Notes under the pieces: model-generated
Seen by the model: the letters and a program-made list of their open reading frames with translations, nothing else
Told to the model about the DNA's origin: nothing
Database searches by the model: none
Shown: positions 1 to 9,800 of the stretch, piece after piece
Numbering within the stretch: position 1 is the stretch's first letter
How the letters are laid out: every line of letters starts with the position of its first letter
From: Polyangiaceae bacterium
GTDB taxonomy: Bacteria; Myxococcota_A; Polyangia; Polyangiales; Polyangiaceae
Direction: 5' to 3'
DNA: 64,000 nt
Assembly (NCBI GenBank): GCA_965222375.1
Contig: CBDCTZ010000015.1
Location: 1,504,001 to 1,568,000, forward strand
Program-made: the position numbers and the translations under genes

Positions 1-806
1 GTTCGCACGGCGCCGAGGCGGTCGTAGTAGTCGCTGCGGTGCCGCTTGAAGAAGAGGCTCAGGTAGAGCAGCGGCTTGGTGAGCAGCTTCCAGTGCTCGA
101 GCAGCAGTGTGACCAGAAGGCGCCCGATTCTCCCGTTGCCGTCGAGGTAGGGATGGATGGTCTCGAACTGAACGTGCAGAAGCCCCGCGCGAACAAGAGG
201 CGGCAAGTCATCGCCTGCGTGGATGTACTTCTCGAACGCCGACAGCAGTTCGCCGAGGGTGTGTGGCGGCGGCGGCACGAAGGCCGCATTCCCTGGACGA
301 CTCCCGCCGATCCAGTTCTGCGTGCGACGCACCTCGCCTGGCTGTTTGTCGGCGCCGCGAACGCCTTGCATGAGGCGCGCGTGCGTTTCGTTCAGCAACC
401 GCATCGACAGCGGCAACCCCGAGGCGTCGGCGAGTTGCGCTCGCGCGAAGTTGAGGGCGTCGAGGTAGTTGCAGACCTCCTCGACGTCGGCGCTCCTTGG
501 TCCCGCGTCGCTTTCGGCCTCGAAGGTGAGCAGGTCAACGAGGGTCGCCTGCGTGCCCTCGATCTGCGAGGAGACCACCGCCTCCTTGCGGACGAAGGCA
601 TAGATGAACCAGTCGAGCGACGGCACCATCTCGCCGGCAAGCTCGAGTCGGACCAGCGCCTGCTCCGCGGCGCGAAGCCGCTCGTCGAGGGCCCCTTCGA
701 TGGCGAGCTTCGGTCGTGTGGGTGGCAGCGCCGCAGGAATGAAGGCTGCGACCTCCTCGCCGCCCACCATGGTCCGCTCGTAGGTGCCTGTTTTCCTTTG
801 CTTCAT
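1..806 (-). CDS. Fic family protein (Fic_N + Fic domain), 3' end runs off the window
   Basis: Manual translation of the minus strand gives MKQRKTGTYER..., FVRKEAVVSSQIEGTQATL and the Fic motif HVQFETIHPYLDGNGRIGR (~125-180). Confidence 0.92.
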   Translation of the reverse strand, partial: MKQRKTGTYERTMVGGEEVAAFIPAALPPTRPKLAIEGALDERLRAAEQALVRLELAGEMVPSLDWFIYAFVRKEAVVSSQIEGTQATLVDLLTFEAESDAGPRSADVEEVCNYLDALNFARAQLADASGLPLSMRLLNETHARLMQGVRGADKQPGEVRRTQNWIGGSRPGNAAFVPPPPHTLGELLSAFEKYIHAGDDLPPLVRAGLLHVQFETIHPYLDGNGRIGRLLVTLLLEHWKLLTKPLLYLSLFFKRHRSDYYDRLGAVR

Positions 807-821
807 CGCCGCATCCCGCTC

Positions 822-967
822 GGAACGAGTTCGTGCCTAGGACTCTCCGCTGGTAGCGAATTCTTTCCCAGGACGCCTATTTAGTAAAGAATTCGTTCCT
901 AACGAGGAAGCGGCGCTAGGAACGGATTCGTTATCAACGGCCAGCGTGGGAACGACTTCGTTCCTAG
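822..967. promoter_or_regulatory. Array of five 16-bp palindromic boxes (consensus GGAACGAATTCGTTCC) upstream of fic
   Basis: Boxes start at 822, 853, 884, 919 and 949 (30-35 bp spacing). Confidence 0.65.
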
Positions 968-1016
968 TGGGGCAGGCGCGGTGTTGCGAAACGTCTGTCT
1001 AAAATCGTAATGACCG

Positions 1017-1733
1017 ATGTTTCGTAACACCTTGCTCTCTCCCCCGGACAGCGCCCTCATGGCGGCATGTCGTCGTATGCGGAGAGCGGCCGGGCGCCGC
1101 GACCTCGCTATCAGGTTCTGGAGCGCCAAGGCACAGGCCTCGAAGATCTGGGGCCCCACCAGGCCCAAAGCGCTCAACGACTTGCGGCGCAAGATGACCG
1201 GCAAGACGACCGCGGCCGAGGATGCCGAGGCCTACGAGTTGCTCTCGGAGCGCTGGCTCGAGAGGGAGATCGCCTTCGACCCGCGCCTCGTCGGGGCCTG
1301 GTCGCTCAAGGTCGGCGACGACGGACGGCCTCGGCTGTCCTGCGAGATCGAGCTGCCGGATGGCGTCGAGGCGGAGGTCACGCCGCCGATCGAGAAGCGC
1401 GTGGCGATTGGCGGCAAGTTCCTCGACGAGGCCAGGATCCGCCTGACCGGAACGCCCGGCGCGATCGCGTTGCTCGGCTTCCCGCTGAAGCACCACTGGG
1501 GAACAGTCAGCGATGACGGCACGGTGACCGTCTACACCAAGATGCCCACCGCGGTCGCGCTCCTCGCCGAGGGAGTACTTCCGCCGATCGGCGGTGCATC
1601 GGTCGCGCTCACAGTCCAGGGCAAGAAGCTCGATGCGATGGTGCTCTCGGAGATCCGCTGCGACGCGAACGGTGGCCACAACGACATCGCCATCCTGATC
1701 TTCAAGCCCGCGAAGCCGACAGCCACCCCGTGA
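1017..1733 (+). CDS. Hypothetical protein (start uncertain)
   Basis: 238-aa ORF with protein-like composition and GC3 bias; no recognised family. Confidence 0.6.
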   Translation: MFRNTLLSPPDSALMAACRRMRRAAGRRDLAIRFWSAKAQASKIWGPTRPKALNDLRRKMTGKTTAAEDAEAYELLSERWLEREIAFDPRLVGAWSLKVGDDGRPRLSCEIELPDGVEAEVTPPIEKRVAIGGKFLDEARIRLTGTPGAIALLGFPLKHHWGTVSDDGTVTVYTKMPTAVALLAEGVLPPIGGASVALTVQGKKLDAMVLSEIRCDANGGHNDIAILIFKPAKPTATP

Positions 1734-1893
1734 CCCCGCGACTCAAACCCTCTCCGCCCTCTCTGAACGCCCGGAGAACCCGATCCATCTCCACCACGTC
1801 CGCCCGCCACGCCACGTCGCGGCTCTCCGATCACGCCTTGCCCCGGCGCTGGCAACACGGAGCCAAGCCGGGACACGAACTGCCGTGTCCTAT

Positions 1894-1938
1894 GCGTTCC
1901 CACACGAACTCGCCCATGTAGATCGGGTTGCGGAGCAT
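1894..1938 (-). pseudogene. Tiny remnant of a large serine recombinase (Recombinase domain)
   Basis: Translates as MLRNPIYMGEFVWER, resembling the ILxNPxYxG motif. Confidence 0.45.
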
Positions 1939-2170
1939 CAGGTGACCTGGTCGAGGGGTGGCATCGCCCCATCGACGAGTGTCCTCCGTAGGTAGGCAGT
2001 CCACTGCGCTTGCATCGGCGTGGCCGAGTGAAATGCTGGCGTCGACGCGACCGGGACTTCCGTCGGAAAGCGAAGCACGGCGCCCGAAACGTCGCGTCGA
2101 CCGCTTCGGCCAGGACCTCGCCTCCGAACTCTCGGCCCTGCGCGAGGATCTAGACGTCGAGGAAGTCCCT
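1938..2170 (-). pseudogene. C-terminal remnant of an AbiEii-type nucleotidyltransferase
   Basis: RDFLDV*ILAQGREFGGEVLAEAVDATF...PTEVPVASTPAF...QAQWTAYLRR, with an internal stop and a frameshift. Confidence 0.6.
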
Positions 2171-3663
2171 CATGCTTCGGCAAGGCGGGCTCGCTGGATC
2201 TCTGCCTTGTCGATTACGTGACCGCTTTCATCAACGAGCCACGAGCGCCAACCCTCGGGTTGTTTCTCCACGAAAGCAAGTTGTCCCCGTGACCATGGGT
2301 CCGCCCAGCCCGGGGCACTCCCCACGACCACCTGGAGAGGAACACCGCGCTCGCACGCCTGCTCCTCGAGGTTGTACAACGTCATCTCATCGCGATGGAC
2401 CCATGGAGCGGGAAGCCTCTCATCGAGAAACCCCCAGCGGAGTCGCACTGTGCCGTGCAGGCGACCATACTCGTAGAGCGCAAAAAGCGACTTGGCGTCC
2501 GCCTCCAGCCGGCGTCGCAGCTTGGAGTGCTGCTCTTGGCTCCAGTAACGTCGCAGCACCTTCTCGTCACCAAAGGGCCGTCCGATCCCACACGATCCCT
2601 GCACCAGCAGCTTCGTGGTGATCTTGAGGGTCCGTCCCTGCTTGTTGAGCTGCCGTGTCTTTTGGGGCGGACCGAGCTCGCCAAGACGGCGCTCACCAGG
2701 TTCGAAGCCCAACACTCGGAGAAGCCCGCGGACATCCACACCGGCGATGATCTCGTAGTCGGTGAGCTTGCGGGTGGCTTCAGCGATCTCGTCGCCCAAG
2801 AACGTCGTGAGCTCACGCTGCTGTACGTCCAAGAGGACCAGCGCCTCGGGCTTCTTCGCAGGAAAAGCGTGGACCAGTACGCGTCGCATGTCGCCGAGCC
2901 TTTCGGCGTGAGCTTGGCGCTCACGCTCGAACCGCTTGCGATTGGCTGCCATCACGGCTCGGTCTGGGCGCATCTGAGCCCACCGTCTGACTAGCTCGAT
3001 CCGCTCCCGAACGGTCTGTCTTGCCGAAGGCACGGCGGCGTGGTCGACGTCGAGCTCCCACAGCCCGTTGTCGTGGACCCTGATCGCGGCACCACGGCGC
3101 CAATACTTGGCCGAATCCGCCGACAGCATGCCCGACTGGCTGCGAGTGCGAACAAAGCCGAGGACCTCGTCCGATTTCATCGCCCGTCGATGGGCATCGA
3201 GCACGCAAATCGCGATGCGCTGGGCGGAACATGTGCTCGGGATGCCATCGCGCCATGCTTCGTCGAGGTGTTCGATCGTCAGGGGCTCATCGAGAGATGG
3301 AACAGGACCAGCCTCGGGCCGTACGACCCGCAGAGGCACGGCCTTCGGTGGTCGCAGTCCGAGACGAAAGGTCCACAGGTCCGCTTCATCGTCGTGTGGA
3401 TCCAGCGAGTAGTGATCGCCGTCCCGATAGATCGGCGGTCGGCCCGGTTTGCATCTCTTGAGAGACGCCAGTGACCGCGCCTGGGGAGCCACGCCCGCTT
3501 CCTCGAAACGCTGGGCCGCATCCTCGAGGGTGATCGGTTTACCGCGCTCGAGCAGGGCAACGATGAGCAGCGAATAGTAGTTGGCGTCCGGGCGGTCCTT
3601 CGCGGCCTCAAGCCGGGGCACGTCGATCCCGAGGGCCTCACAATATGAATTCGGTGTGTTCAT
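2170..3663 (-). CDS. Conserved hypothetical protein (497 aa)
   Basis: Long ORF with globular composition; no catalytic motif recognised. Confidence 0.8.
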   Translation of the reverse strand: MNTPNSYCEALGIDVPRLEAAKDRPDANYYSLLIVALLERGKPITLEDAAQRFEEAGVAPQARSLASLKRCKPGRPPIYRDGDHYSLDPHDDEADLWTFRLGLRPPKAVPLRVVRPEAGPVPSLDEPLTIEHLDEAWRDGIPSTCSAQRIAICVLDAHRRAMKSDEVLGFVRTRSQSGMLSADSAKYWRRGAAIRVHDNGLWELDVDHAAVPSARQTVRERIELVRRWAQMRPDRAVMAANRKRFERERQAHAERLGDMRRVLVHAFPAKKPEALVLLDVQQRELTTFLGDEIAEATRKLTDYEIIAGVDVRGLLRVLGFEPGERRLGELGPPQKTRQLNKQGRTLKITTKLLVQGSCGIGRPFGDEKVLRRYWSQEQHSKLRRRLEADAKSLFALYEYGRLHGTVRLRWGFLDERLPAPWVHRDEMTLYNLEEQACERGVPLQVVVGSAPGWADPWSRGQLAFVEKQPEGWRSWLVDESGHVIDKAEIQRARLAEA

Positions 3664-4336
3664 CGTCCCAGGAGTTCGCCAGTTCCGTGCGCTTTTGCTG
3701 GCTCATGTACATGCCCTGCTTGTGCGTCGGGATTGCTGCTTGCTCGTTCAACTCCGTGCGCCGGCGCTCGCAGTTGCTGCCGTCGCAGTCAGCGGGTTCG
3801 GAGCCGTGCACGGAGTTCTTCACCGTCGACTTGTTCGAGTAGTCGCCGCAGCGTGTTGGGCCTTGTGCGAACTTGATCGAATTCACCGTGCGCGCTGACG
3901 TCGCAACAAGCTCCGTGAGGGAACCATCACCAACGTGCGTCTGCCCACCGTATTGAATCGGGCGGCCATACTCCGGCACGGAAAAAAAAAGCGCTACCGA
4001 ACTAGAGTCGCTCACACTCGGCCACTGACTATAGTCACCGTGAGCCACGCCATCGAAGCCGCCATTCCAGAGAACGTTCTTGGTCGACGGCGGTCCGCTG
4101 TCTTGAAATCCGCCCGTATTGGCTGAGCCACCTGCGCCCGCCGACGCCGACGCACCGCCTCCAGCGGGTCTGCCACCCGCGGCTGCGCCGCCGGTTGCCA
4201 CACCACCGGCTGCCGCAGCACCACCTGCCCCGGTGGCTCCCGAGCCCGAGTTGCCGTCATCCGTCCCGGAGCCACAGCTCGCGCTGCAAGCAACCAGACC
4301 TGCAACAAGGAGGACCTGAAAGCGCACTCTAGTCAT
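3638..4336 (-). CDS. Lipoprotein with Gly-rich linker, probably a C-terminally truncated polysaccharide-lyase/lectin-like protein
   Basis: Lipobox LVACSASC, Gly/Ala linker, VLWNGGFD...RRTEL, then an abrupt end overlapping the next gene. Confidence 0.5.
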   Translation of the reverse strand: MTRVRFQVLLVAGLVACSASCGSGTDDGNSGSGATGAGGAAAAGGVATGGAAAGGRPAGGGASASAGAGGSANTGGFQDSGPPSTKNVLWNGGFDGVAHGDYSQWPSVSDSSSVALFFSVPEYGRPIQYGGQTHVGDGSLTELVATSARTVNSIKFAQGPTRCGDYSNKSTVKNSVHGSEPADCDGSNCERRRTELNEQAAIPTHKQGMYMSQQKRTELANSWDDEHTEFIL

Positions 4337-4810
4337 GGCAGATCTTCCGAACATACCTAGCAAGCGTAGCAAGCGGTGTGCCGGCTGTCCCAAATCACAA
4401 AGTCCCGTTGATTTGCACCCGGGCGATGCGCCTCTCCTGACAGCGATGCGCAACGCTTGAACCCCAAATGGCGCGAGCCAGCCCTCCAATCGGCTGGCTT
4501 GGGCGCGTGCGCGCTCCGAACCCGACGTTGGCGTTGGGTCTCAGCGAGTGTCAACGGGCATCCGAAACGGCGTCTAAGTGGGCGGCATGGCGGAGGTGCC
4601 CATATTTGCGCGTGAGTGATGCCCGGATTTACGCCGTCGGATAGAGCGCGTGAAATTGGGCCCGGTCGGGTGGGCGCTTGGATGATCTCGATGCCCAGAT
4701 AGATGAAAGGCCCGGGGCGCAACCCGAGCCTTTCCAACCGCGATCAGTTGTGGCGCAAGCATCGCTGATAGCGGCGTACGGATCCAGAAAACTGCTGGGC
4801 GGAGTCCGCG

Positions 4811-5443
4811 ATCAGCGATTCGTTCCGGCTTTTCAACTGTCAGCGGTGCCACGGCCAGGTGAAGCTTTGCCAACGTTGCGACCGAGGGCAGCTGTATTGC
4901 AGCAGTGACTGCGCTTCAATAAGTCGCAGCCAAAGCGTGCGAGAGGCGGGGGCTCGGTACCAGCGCACGCGCCGTGGAGCGCGGCTTCACGCAGAGCGAC
5001 AAGCCCGTCACCGGGCGCGGCGGCGAGAAAAAGTGACGCATCACCCCTCGTCATTAGACGCCAGCGGGCGCAGCAGTGGACCCGAGAGTGAGGCGGCACG
5101 GCACGCCGTCCTCGAGGCTAACCCCAATGATGCGTCTGACAGCCCAGCTTCAGGTTTCGAAAACGGAGATGCAGCTTCTGGTGACGTCTCCGGAACAAGG
5201 GGATGTGCTGAAAGCGAGGCTGTCGCTGCGACCGTCTCACCCTCGCGCTCTTCTGACATTGCTCGAAGGGCTCGCGCTGTGGAGCGGGGCGAAGCTCTGC
5301 GTTGCGATTACTGCGGAGCAGAACTGCCCAAGTTGGCTCGACTCGGGGCTGTTTGGCGACGAGCTATGGCCCGGGGAAAGCCAACTCGTGCAGTACGAGG
5401 TCGCCGGCCGCGCCCGCCCAAAGCGCCTACGAGGCGTGGGTGA
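4811..5443 (+). CDS. IS21 passenger Cys-rich (Zn-finger-like) basic protein
   Basis: FNCQRCHGQVKLCQRCDRGQLYCSSDC followed by an Arg-rich helix; the frame is open from ATC at 4811, preceded by GGAG. Confidence 0.6.
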   Translation: MSDSFRLFNCQRCHGQVKLCQRCDRGQLYCSSDCASISRSQSVREAGARYQRTRRGARLHAERQARHRARRREKVTHHPSSLDASGRSSGPESEAARHAVLEANPNDASDSPASGFENGDAASGDVSGTRGCAESEAVAATVSPSRSSDIARRARAVERGEALRCDYCGAELPKLARLGAVWRRAMARGKPTRAVRGRRPRPPKAPTRRG

Positions 5444-5477
5444 CTTTCGTCGCATGCGTGGACGAGGTGCGCGGTGA
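5127..5477 (+). CDS. IS21 passenger hypothetical protein, translationally coupled to istA
   Basis: 116 aa containing [19 protein letters not shown] overlap with the istA start. Confidence 0.7.
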   Translation: MMRLTAQLQVSKTEMQLLVTSPEQGDVLKARLSLRPSHPRALLTLLEGLALWSGAKLCVAITAEQNCPSWLDSGLFGDELWPGESQLVQYEVAGRARPKRLRGVGDFRRMRGRGAR

Positions 5478-6985
5478 TCAGCAAGGAGCGCAGAGCCGAA
5501 ATCCTCCGGCTGTACCACGCGGAGAAGTGGAAGATCGGGACGATTGCCCAGCAGCTTGGCATCCACCACGGCACGGTGCGGCGTGTCCTGCGAGACGCCG
5601 GGGTCGACACGGTGTCCCGGAGTCTGCGTCCGTCAATTACCGATCCCTACGTCCCACTGATCATCGAGACGCTGGCGCAGTACCCGAAGCTGCCGGCGAT
5701 CCGCGTTTACGCGATGGCGAAAGAGCGGGGCTACCAGGGCGGCTCAGATCATTTTCGCCGCATCGTCGCTCGACACAGACCGCGACCAACAGCGGAAGCG
5801 TACATGCGTTTGCGCACGCTGCCTGGCGAACAGGGCCAAGTGGATTGGGCGCATTTCGGGACTCTTTCAGTTGGGCGAGCGAGCCGGCAGCTGATGGCAT
5901 TTGTGATGGTGCTCAGCTGGTCGCGGATGGTGTTTCTACGCTTCTACCTGAACGCCAACATGTCGAGTTTTCTTCACGGGCATGTGTCTGCGTTTGATTT
6001 CTGGGCAGGCGTTCCACGGGTCCTGCTGTACGACAATCTCAAGAGTGCGGTGCTGGAGCGCAAGGGCGATGCGATCCGTTTTCACCCCACGCTGCTGGAG
6101 TTAGCTGGCCACTATCGCTACGAGCCACGCCCAGTCGCGGTGGCACGCGGCAATGAGAAGGGCCGCGTCGAGCGCGCGATCCGCTACATCAGATCCAGCT
6201 TCTTCGCCGCACGCGAGTATCGCGATCTCGACGATCTGAATGAGCAAGCACTCGACTGGTGCCTGGGCACTGCGGCGGAGCGTCGTTGTCCCGAGGATGA
6301 GACCCTGAACGTCTCGGAGGCCTTCGCCGAAGAGAAGCCGCGTCTGTTGGAGCTACCGAGCAATCCATTTTTGACCGACGAGCGCATCGAGGTTGCCGTG
6401 GGCAAGACGCCCTACGTGCGTTTCGACCTGAACGACTACTCCATTCCGGCAACGCATACACGCAGGAGCCTCACCGTGGTGGCAAGCATGACGACCGTGC
6501 GTGTCCTCGACGGTGAAGACACCATCGCGGAGCACGCCCGGTGCTGGGATCGCCGTCAGGCGATCGAGGAGCCGGCACACATTGCGGCGCTTGCAGAGTG
6601 GAAACGGCAAGCCCACGCGCATCGCGGCCTTGATCGCTTGCATCACGCGGCGCCATCTTCCCGAAAGCTTTTCAAAGTGCTGGCCGAGCAGGGCAAGAAC
6701 TTGGGCGGCGCGACGATTGCGATGCTCAAGCAGCTGGACCGAGTTGGGGCCGCGGAGCTGGAAGCTGCGCTGGCCGAGGTTGTGCAACTCGGCACACCAC
6801 ACCTTGCGGCTGTGCACCACGTCCTGGAGCGACGCCGCTACGAGCGCGGCACCCCTCCACCCGTGGGGCGACATCTTCCCGACGACGACCGCGTGCAAGG
6901 CCCGGTCGTCACCCCGCATTCACTCAGCGACTACGACGGTATTGGGAGAGACGATGATGACAACGACGACGAGCGATCAGGCTGA
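5474..6985 (+). CDS. istA: IS21 transposase IstA
   Basis: N-terminal HTH; DDE motifs [18 protein letters not shown] and EKGRVERAI. Confidence 0.97.
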   Translation: MISKERRAEILRLYHAEKWKIGTIAQQLGIHHGTVRRVLRDAGVDTVSRSLRPSITDPYVPLIIETLAQYPKLPAIRVYAMAKERGYQGGSDHFRRIVARHRPRPTAEAYMRLRTLPGEQGQVDWAHFGTLSVGRASRQLMAFVMVLSWSRMVFLRFYLNANMSSFLHGHVSAFDFWAGVPRVLLYDNLKSAVLERKGDAIRFHPTLLELAGHYRYEPRPVAVARGNEKGRVERAIRYIRSSFFAAREYRDLDDLNEQALDWCLGTAAERRCPEDETLNVSEAFAEEKPRLLELPSNPFLTDERIEVAVGKTPYVRFDLNDYSIPATHTRRSLTVVASMTTVRVLDGEDTIAEHARCWDRRQAIEEPAHIAALAEWKRQAHAHRGLDRLHHAAPSSRKLFKVLAEQGKNLGGATIAMLKQLDRVGAAELEAALAEVVQLGTPHLAAVHHVLERRRYERGTPPPVGRHLPDDDRVQGPVVTPHSLSDYDGIGRDDDDNDDERSG

Positions 6986-7721
6986 CAAGGATCTGCGAGA
7001 GCGTGCGCACCGCCTGGGGTTGCACGGTCTTCTGGCCAACTGGGACGACGTGGTGAGCGCAGATTGGCTTGGTCCGTTGCTCGCCTACGAGGAAGCCGAA
7101 CGCACCCGGCGCAGTCTGGAGCGTCGCATCAAAAATGCCCGGCTGGGTCGATTCAAGCCGCTCACCGACTTCGATTGGAAGTGGCCGAAGAAGATCGACA
7201 AGAGCTCCGTCGACGAGCTCTTTCGCCTCAACCTATTCGCCGAAGGCGCCAATGCCGTGTTGCTTGGGCCCAACGGCGTCGGCAAGACGATGTTGCTCAA
7301 AAATCTCGCACATCACTGCGTGATGCGCGGCTATACGGTGCGTTTCACCACAGCCAGCGCCATGCTCAACGAACTTGCGGGTCAAGACAGCAGCGCCGCC
7401 CTCAGCCGTCGCCTGCGCCAATACACCCACCCGCAGCTCCTGTGCGTCGACGAGGTCGGTTACCTTTCCTACGACAGCCGCTATGCCGATCTGCTCTTCG
7501 AGGTCGTCACCAGACGCTACGAGGCGCTCAAGCCCGTGGTGCTGACCACGAACAAGCCCTTCAGCGAGTGGCCCGACGTCTTTCCCCACGCCGCCTGCGT
7601 CGTCACCTTGGTCGATCGCCTCATCCACCGCTGCGAAGTCATCCACATCCAGGGCCAGAGTTACCGCGCAAAGGAAGCCAAAGAACGCGCCGCCTCCAAA
7701 AAGGCGAACAAGCCCACTTAG
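6954..7721 (+). CDS. istB: IS21 helper ATPase IstB
   Basis: Walker A GPNGVGKT, Walker [24 protein letters not shown]. Confidence 0.97.
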   Translation: MMTTTTSDQADKDLRERAHRLGLHGLLANWDDVVSADWLGPLLAYEEAERTRRSLERRIKNARLGRFKPLTDFDWKWPKKIDKSSVDELFRLNLFAEGANAVLLGPNGVGKTMLLKNLAHHCVMRGYTVRFTTASAMLNELAGQDSSAALSRRLRQYTHPQLLCVDEVGYLSYDSRYADLLFEVVTRRYEALKPVVLTTNKPFSEWPDVFPHAACVVTLVDRLIHRCEVIHIQGQSYRAKEAKERAASKKANKPT

Positions 7722-8062
7722 ACGCGCCCATCTATGCGCCCTTTTTCATGACCGCTAACAGCGAGTGGGGGATGATCCCTATCGGGTATTTCCCACACCC
7801 ACATGCACCGAAGCCTACGACCGCGGCGGCCACAGCGAATCGATCGCAACAGCTGATCCGCCTGTGTCTGGATCGTTTGGGGGACTGTTAGCATTTGTAG
7901 CTCCCGACTACGCCACGCCACCAATTGGGGCGAAGGACTCAGGGCACCGGCGATATCACGGCAAGCGGCGGGACCGCGGGGCACGCCACGCACGGCACTC
8001 CGTTTCCGTCGAGCATTCTGGCGCGCTCGGCACTCCACGCGCTGGGTACGCGCGCCTGTCGA

Positions 8063-8548
8063 CTATTTGCCTTCTTCAAGCTCCTCTTGCAGCGCCTCCA
8101 GCTCCGCGATGCGCTCCAAATCCTTGGGCCGCCCGGCGGCGCGCTTCAGGTGGATCAGCGTCTCCAGATCGACGAAGCGACACTCGAGATCGTAGAGCTG
8201 GCGCAGTTCCGAGTGGGGTAGCAGGGCTTCATAGATTCCTCCACCCGTGGCTTCTCCCATCACGTCGAGGTCTCCAGCGCTCGTCGTAAGCGTGAAGTTC
8301 AGCCCGCGCTCGATGGTGGCTGCGTCGAACCGGAACGGCAGCCCCGGTGGCGCGCCGCGCAGGTACGCTCCTAGGGGGTGAAGCGCTGCAGCGAGCTTGG
8401 CTATGTTCTCTGCCGAGCGTCGGTACACGATGTCGAGATCCACCGTGACGTGCGCGGAGCCGTGGGCGGTCGCGGCGAAACCGCCAATGATGACGAACTC
8501 GACGCCACCCGCCGTCAGCACGGAGAGCAGACACTCGAAATCCGTCAC
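8063..8548 (-). CDS. Nucleotidyltransferase-fold protein (putative TA toxin)
   Basis: FVIIGGFAATAHGSAHVTVDLD and KRAAGRPKD motifs. Confidence 0.85.
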   Translation of the reverse strand: MTDFECLLSVLTAGGVEFVIIGGFAATAHGSAHVTVDLDIVYRRSAENIAKLAAALHPLGAYLRGAPPGLPFRFDAATIERGLNFTLTTSAGDLDVMGEATGGGIYEALLPHSELRQLYDLECRFVDLETLIHLKRAAGRPKDLERIAELEALQEELEEGK

Positions 8549-8745
8549 GTCCCCGGTACCCTCCGTCGAGATGCTCTGACTTCCTCGGCAAAGCGCAGGG
8601 CTGCGACCATCTTCTCCACTCGCTGCGCTGTCGTGAGCTTCAAGTTCTCCCGCAGCAGCGTGCGATCGACATCCTTCTTGTACGCCTCGATCACCGGGTT
8701 CGGCGACGCCGATATCGGCAACAGGTCCGTGGGAGGCGGCAGCAT
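8545..8745 (-). CDS. Small putative antitoxin coupled to the NTase
   Basis: 66 aa containing DVDRTLLRENLKLTTAQRV; 4-bp overlap with the NTase gene. Confidence 0.75.
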   Translation of the reverse strand: MLPPPTDLLPISASPNPVIEAYKKDVDRTLLRENLKLTTAQRVEKMVAALRFAEEVRASRRRVPGT

Positions 8746-8910
8746 GATCCTATTATAGCGTCGTCAACAGCCCTGTGTCAGAAGGCATCGCATGCGGCCC
8801 GAGCCCGCTCACCACTTCCGCCTTGCGTTTGTGGCGCGCCGACTGTCCACGTCCCTACACCAGGGCCGACTCTGTCCTTCATAGTTCTGGCTTCAGCGCT
8901 CCGCCTTGCC

Positions 8911-9500
8911 TTGGGGTGCGTAAGCCCACCGCCGAAGTGCGCAGCGCCAATTGGTCCGGCTCGAGTGTGTTTCGTGGAGCACCTGGCCGAGGTGCGTGCT
9001 CATGACGGTCGGGGACTGCCGCGTTACGTCGAAAAGGAGCTCCGCGCCTATCTGAAGTGCGGGATCCTAGCGCACGGGTTCCTGCGAGCCAGCTGCAGGT
9101 CCTGCGGCGAGGAACTCGTCGTCGCGTTTTCTTGCAAGCGTCGGGGCGTGTGCCCTTCCTGCAACGCCCGCCGGATGCGCAGCACTGCGGCCCACCTGGT
9201 TGACTCGGTGCTACCAGACGTGCCCGTGCGCCAGGGGGATTCCCTTCGGTCTCGCGGAGGTGGCGTTACGTTCCCGCGGCGCTTCGGCGGGAGCATGAAC
9301 TTGAACACCCACGTCCACGCCGTGTTCCCCGACGGTGTGTTCGTGCGGGATGGCGACGCGCGCGCGGAGTTCATCCGCATCCGAGTGCCCACGTCCCTCG
9401 AACTCAGCATGCTCTGCGAACGCGTTCACGCGAAGATGGTGCGCTGGCTCGGCAAGCGAGGTCTGCACCGGCCCCACGCTGGCTCCCAAGCAAACGCCGA
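8911..9500 (+). pseudogene. IS91-family transposase remnant (internal deletion, 3' truncated)
   Basis: Zn motif CGILAHGF..CRSC..AFSCKRRGVCPSC; PVRQ joined directly to FGGSMNLNTHVH (HUH); the Y2 region is missing. Confidence 0.88.
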
Positions 9501-9524
9501 CTGTAATGTCGAGGAGGCAACAAG

Positions 9525-9799
9525 ATGCGTGCAGCAACGGTGAAACCCTCGCCCAAAGCGACGCCACTGTCGTGGTCGAGGGCAACCACTACTTTTCCGC
9601 CAGCTCCCTGCAGATGAAGCACTTCGACAGAGTGACAAGACCTCGTTCTGCCCTTGGAAGGGTCACGCAAGCTACTACTCGGTGCGCGTCGGCGACAAGG
9701 TCAGCGAAGGTGCAGCTTGGTACTACCCAACCCCTAGGGACGGCTGCGGAGCTCAAAGACCACGTTGCATTTTGGCGCGACGTGCAAGTGTTGGAGTGA
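9525..9799 (+). pseudogene. DUF427 family gene, frameshifted
   Basis: Split across frames: LAQSDATVVVEGNHYF / CPWKGHASYYSV..AAWYYPTP / KDHVAFWRDV; RBS GAGGAGG. Confidence 0.8.
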
Positions 9800-9800
9800 G

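Larger units (their letters stand above)
4549..7760 (+). mobile_element. Complete IS21-family element (3212 bp) with passenger ORFs
   Basis: Ends TGTCAACGGGCATCCGAAACGGCG (4549) and, reverse-complemented, TGTTAGCGGTCATGAAAAAGGGCG (7760); subterminal GCGTCTAAGTGGGC at both ends; TSD GCGAG at 4544-4548 and 7761-7765; contains istA and istB. Confidence 0.93.

Noticed and set aside
39..884. 281-aa plus-strand ORF
   Set aside because: Antisense shadow of the fic gene.
7870..7893. Alternative IS21 right end (..GGACTGTTAGCA)
   Set aside because: Weaker match to the left end and no TSD; 7760 gives a better IR and the GCGAG duplication.
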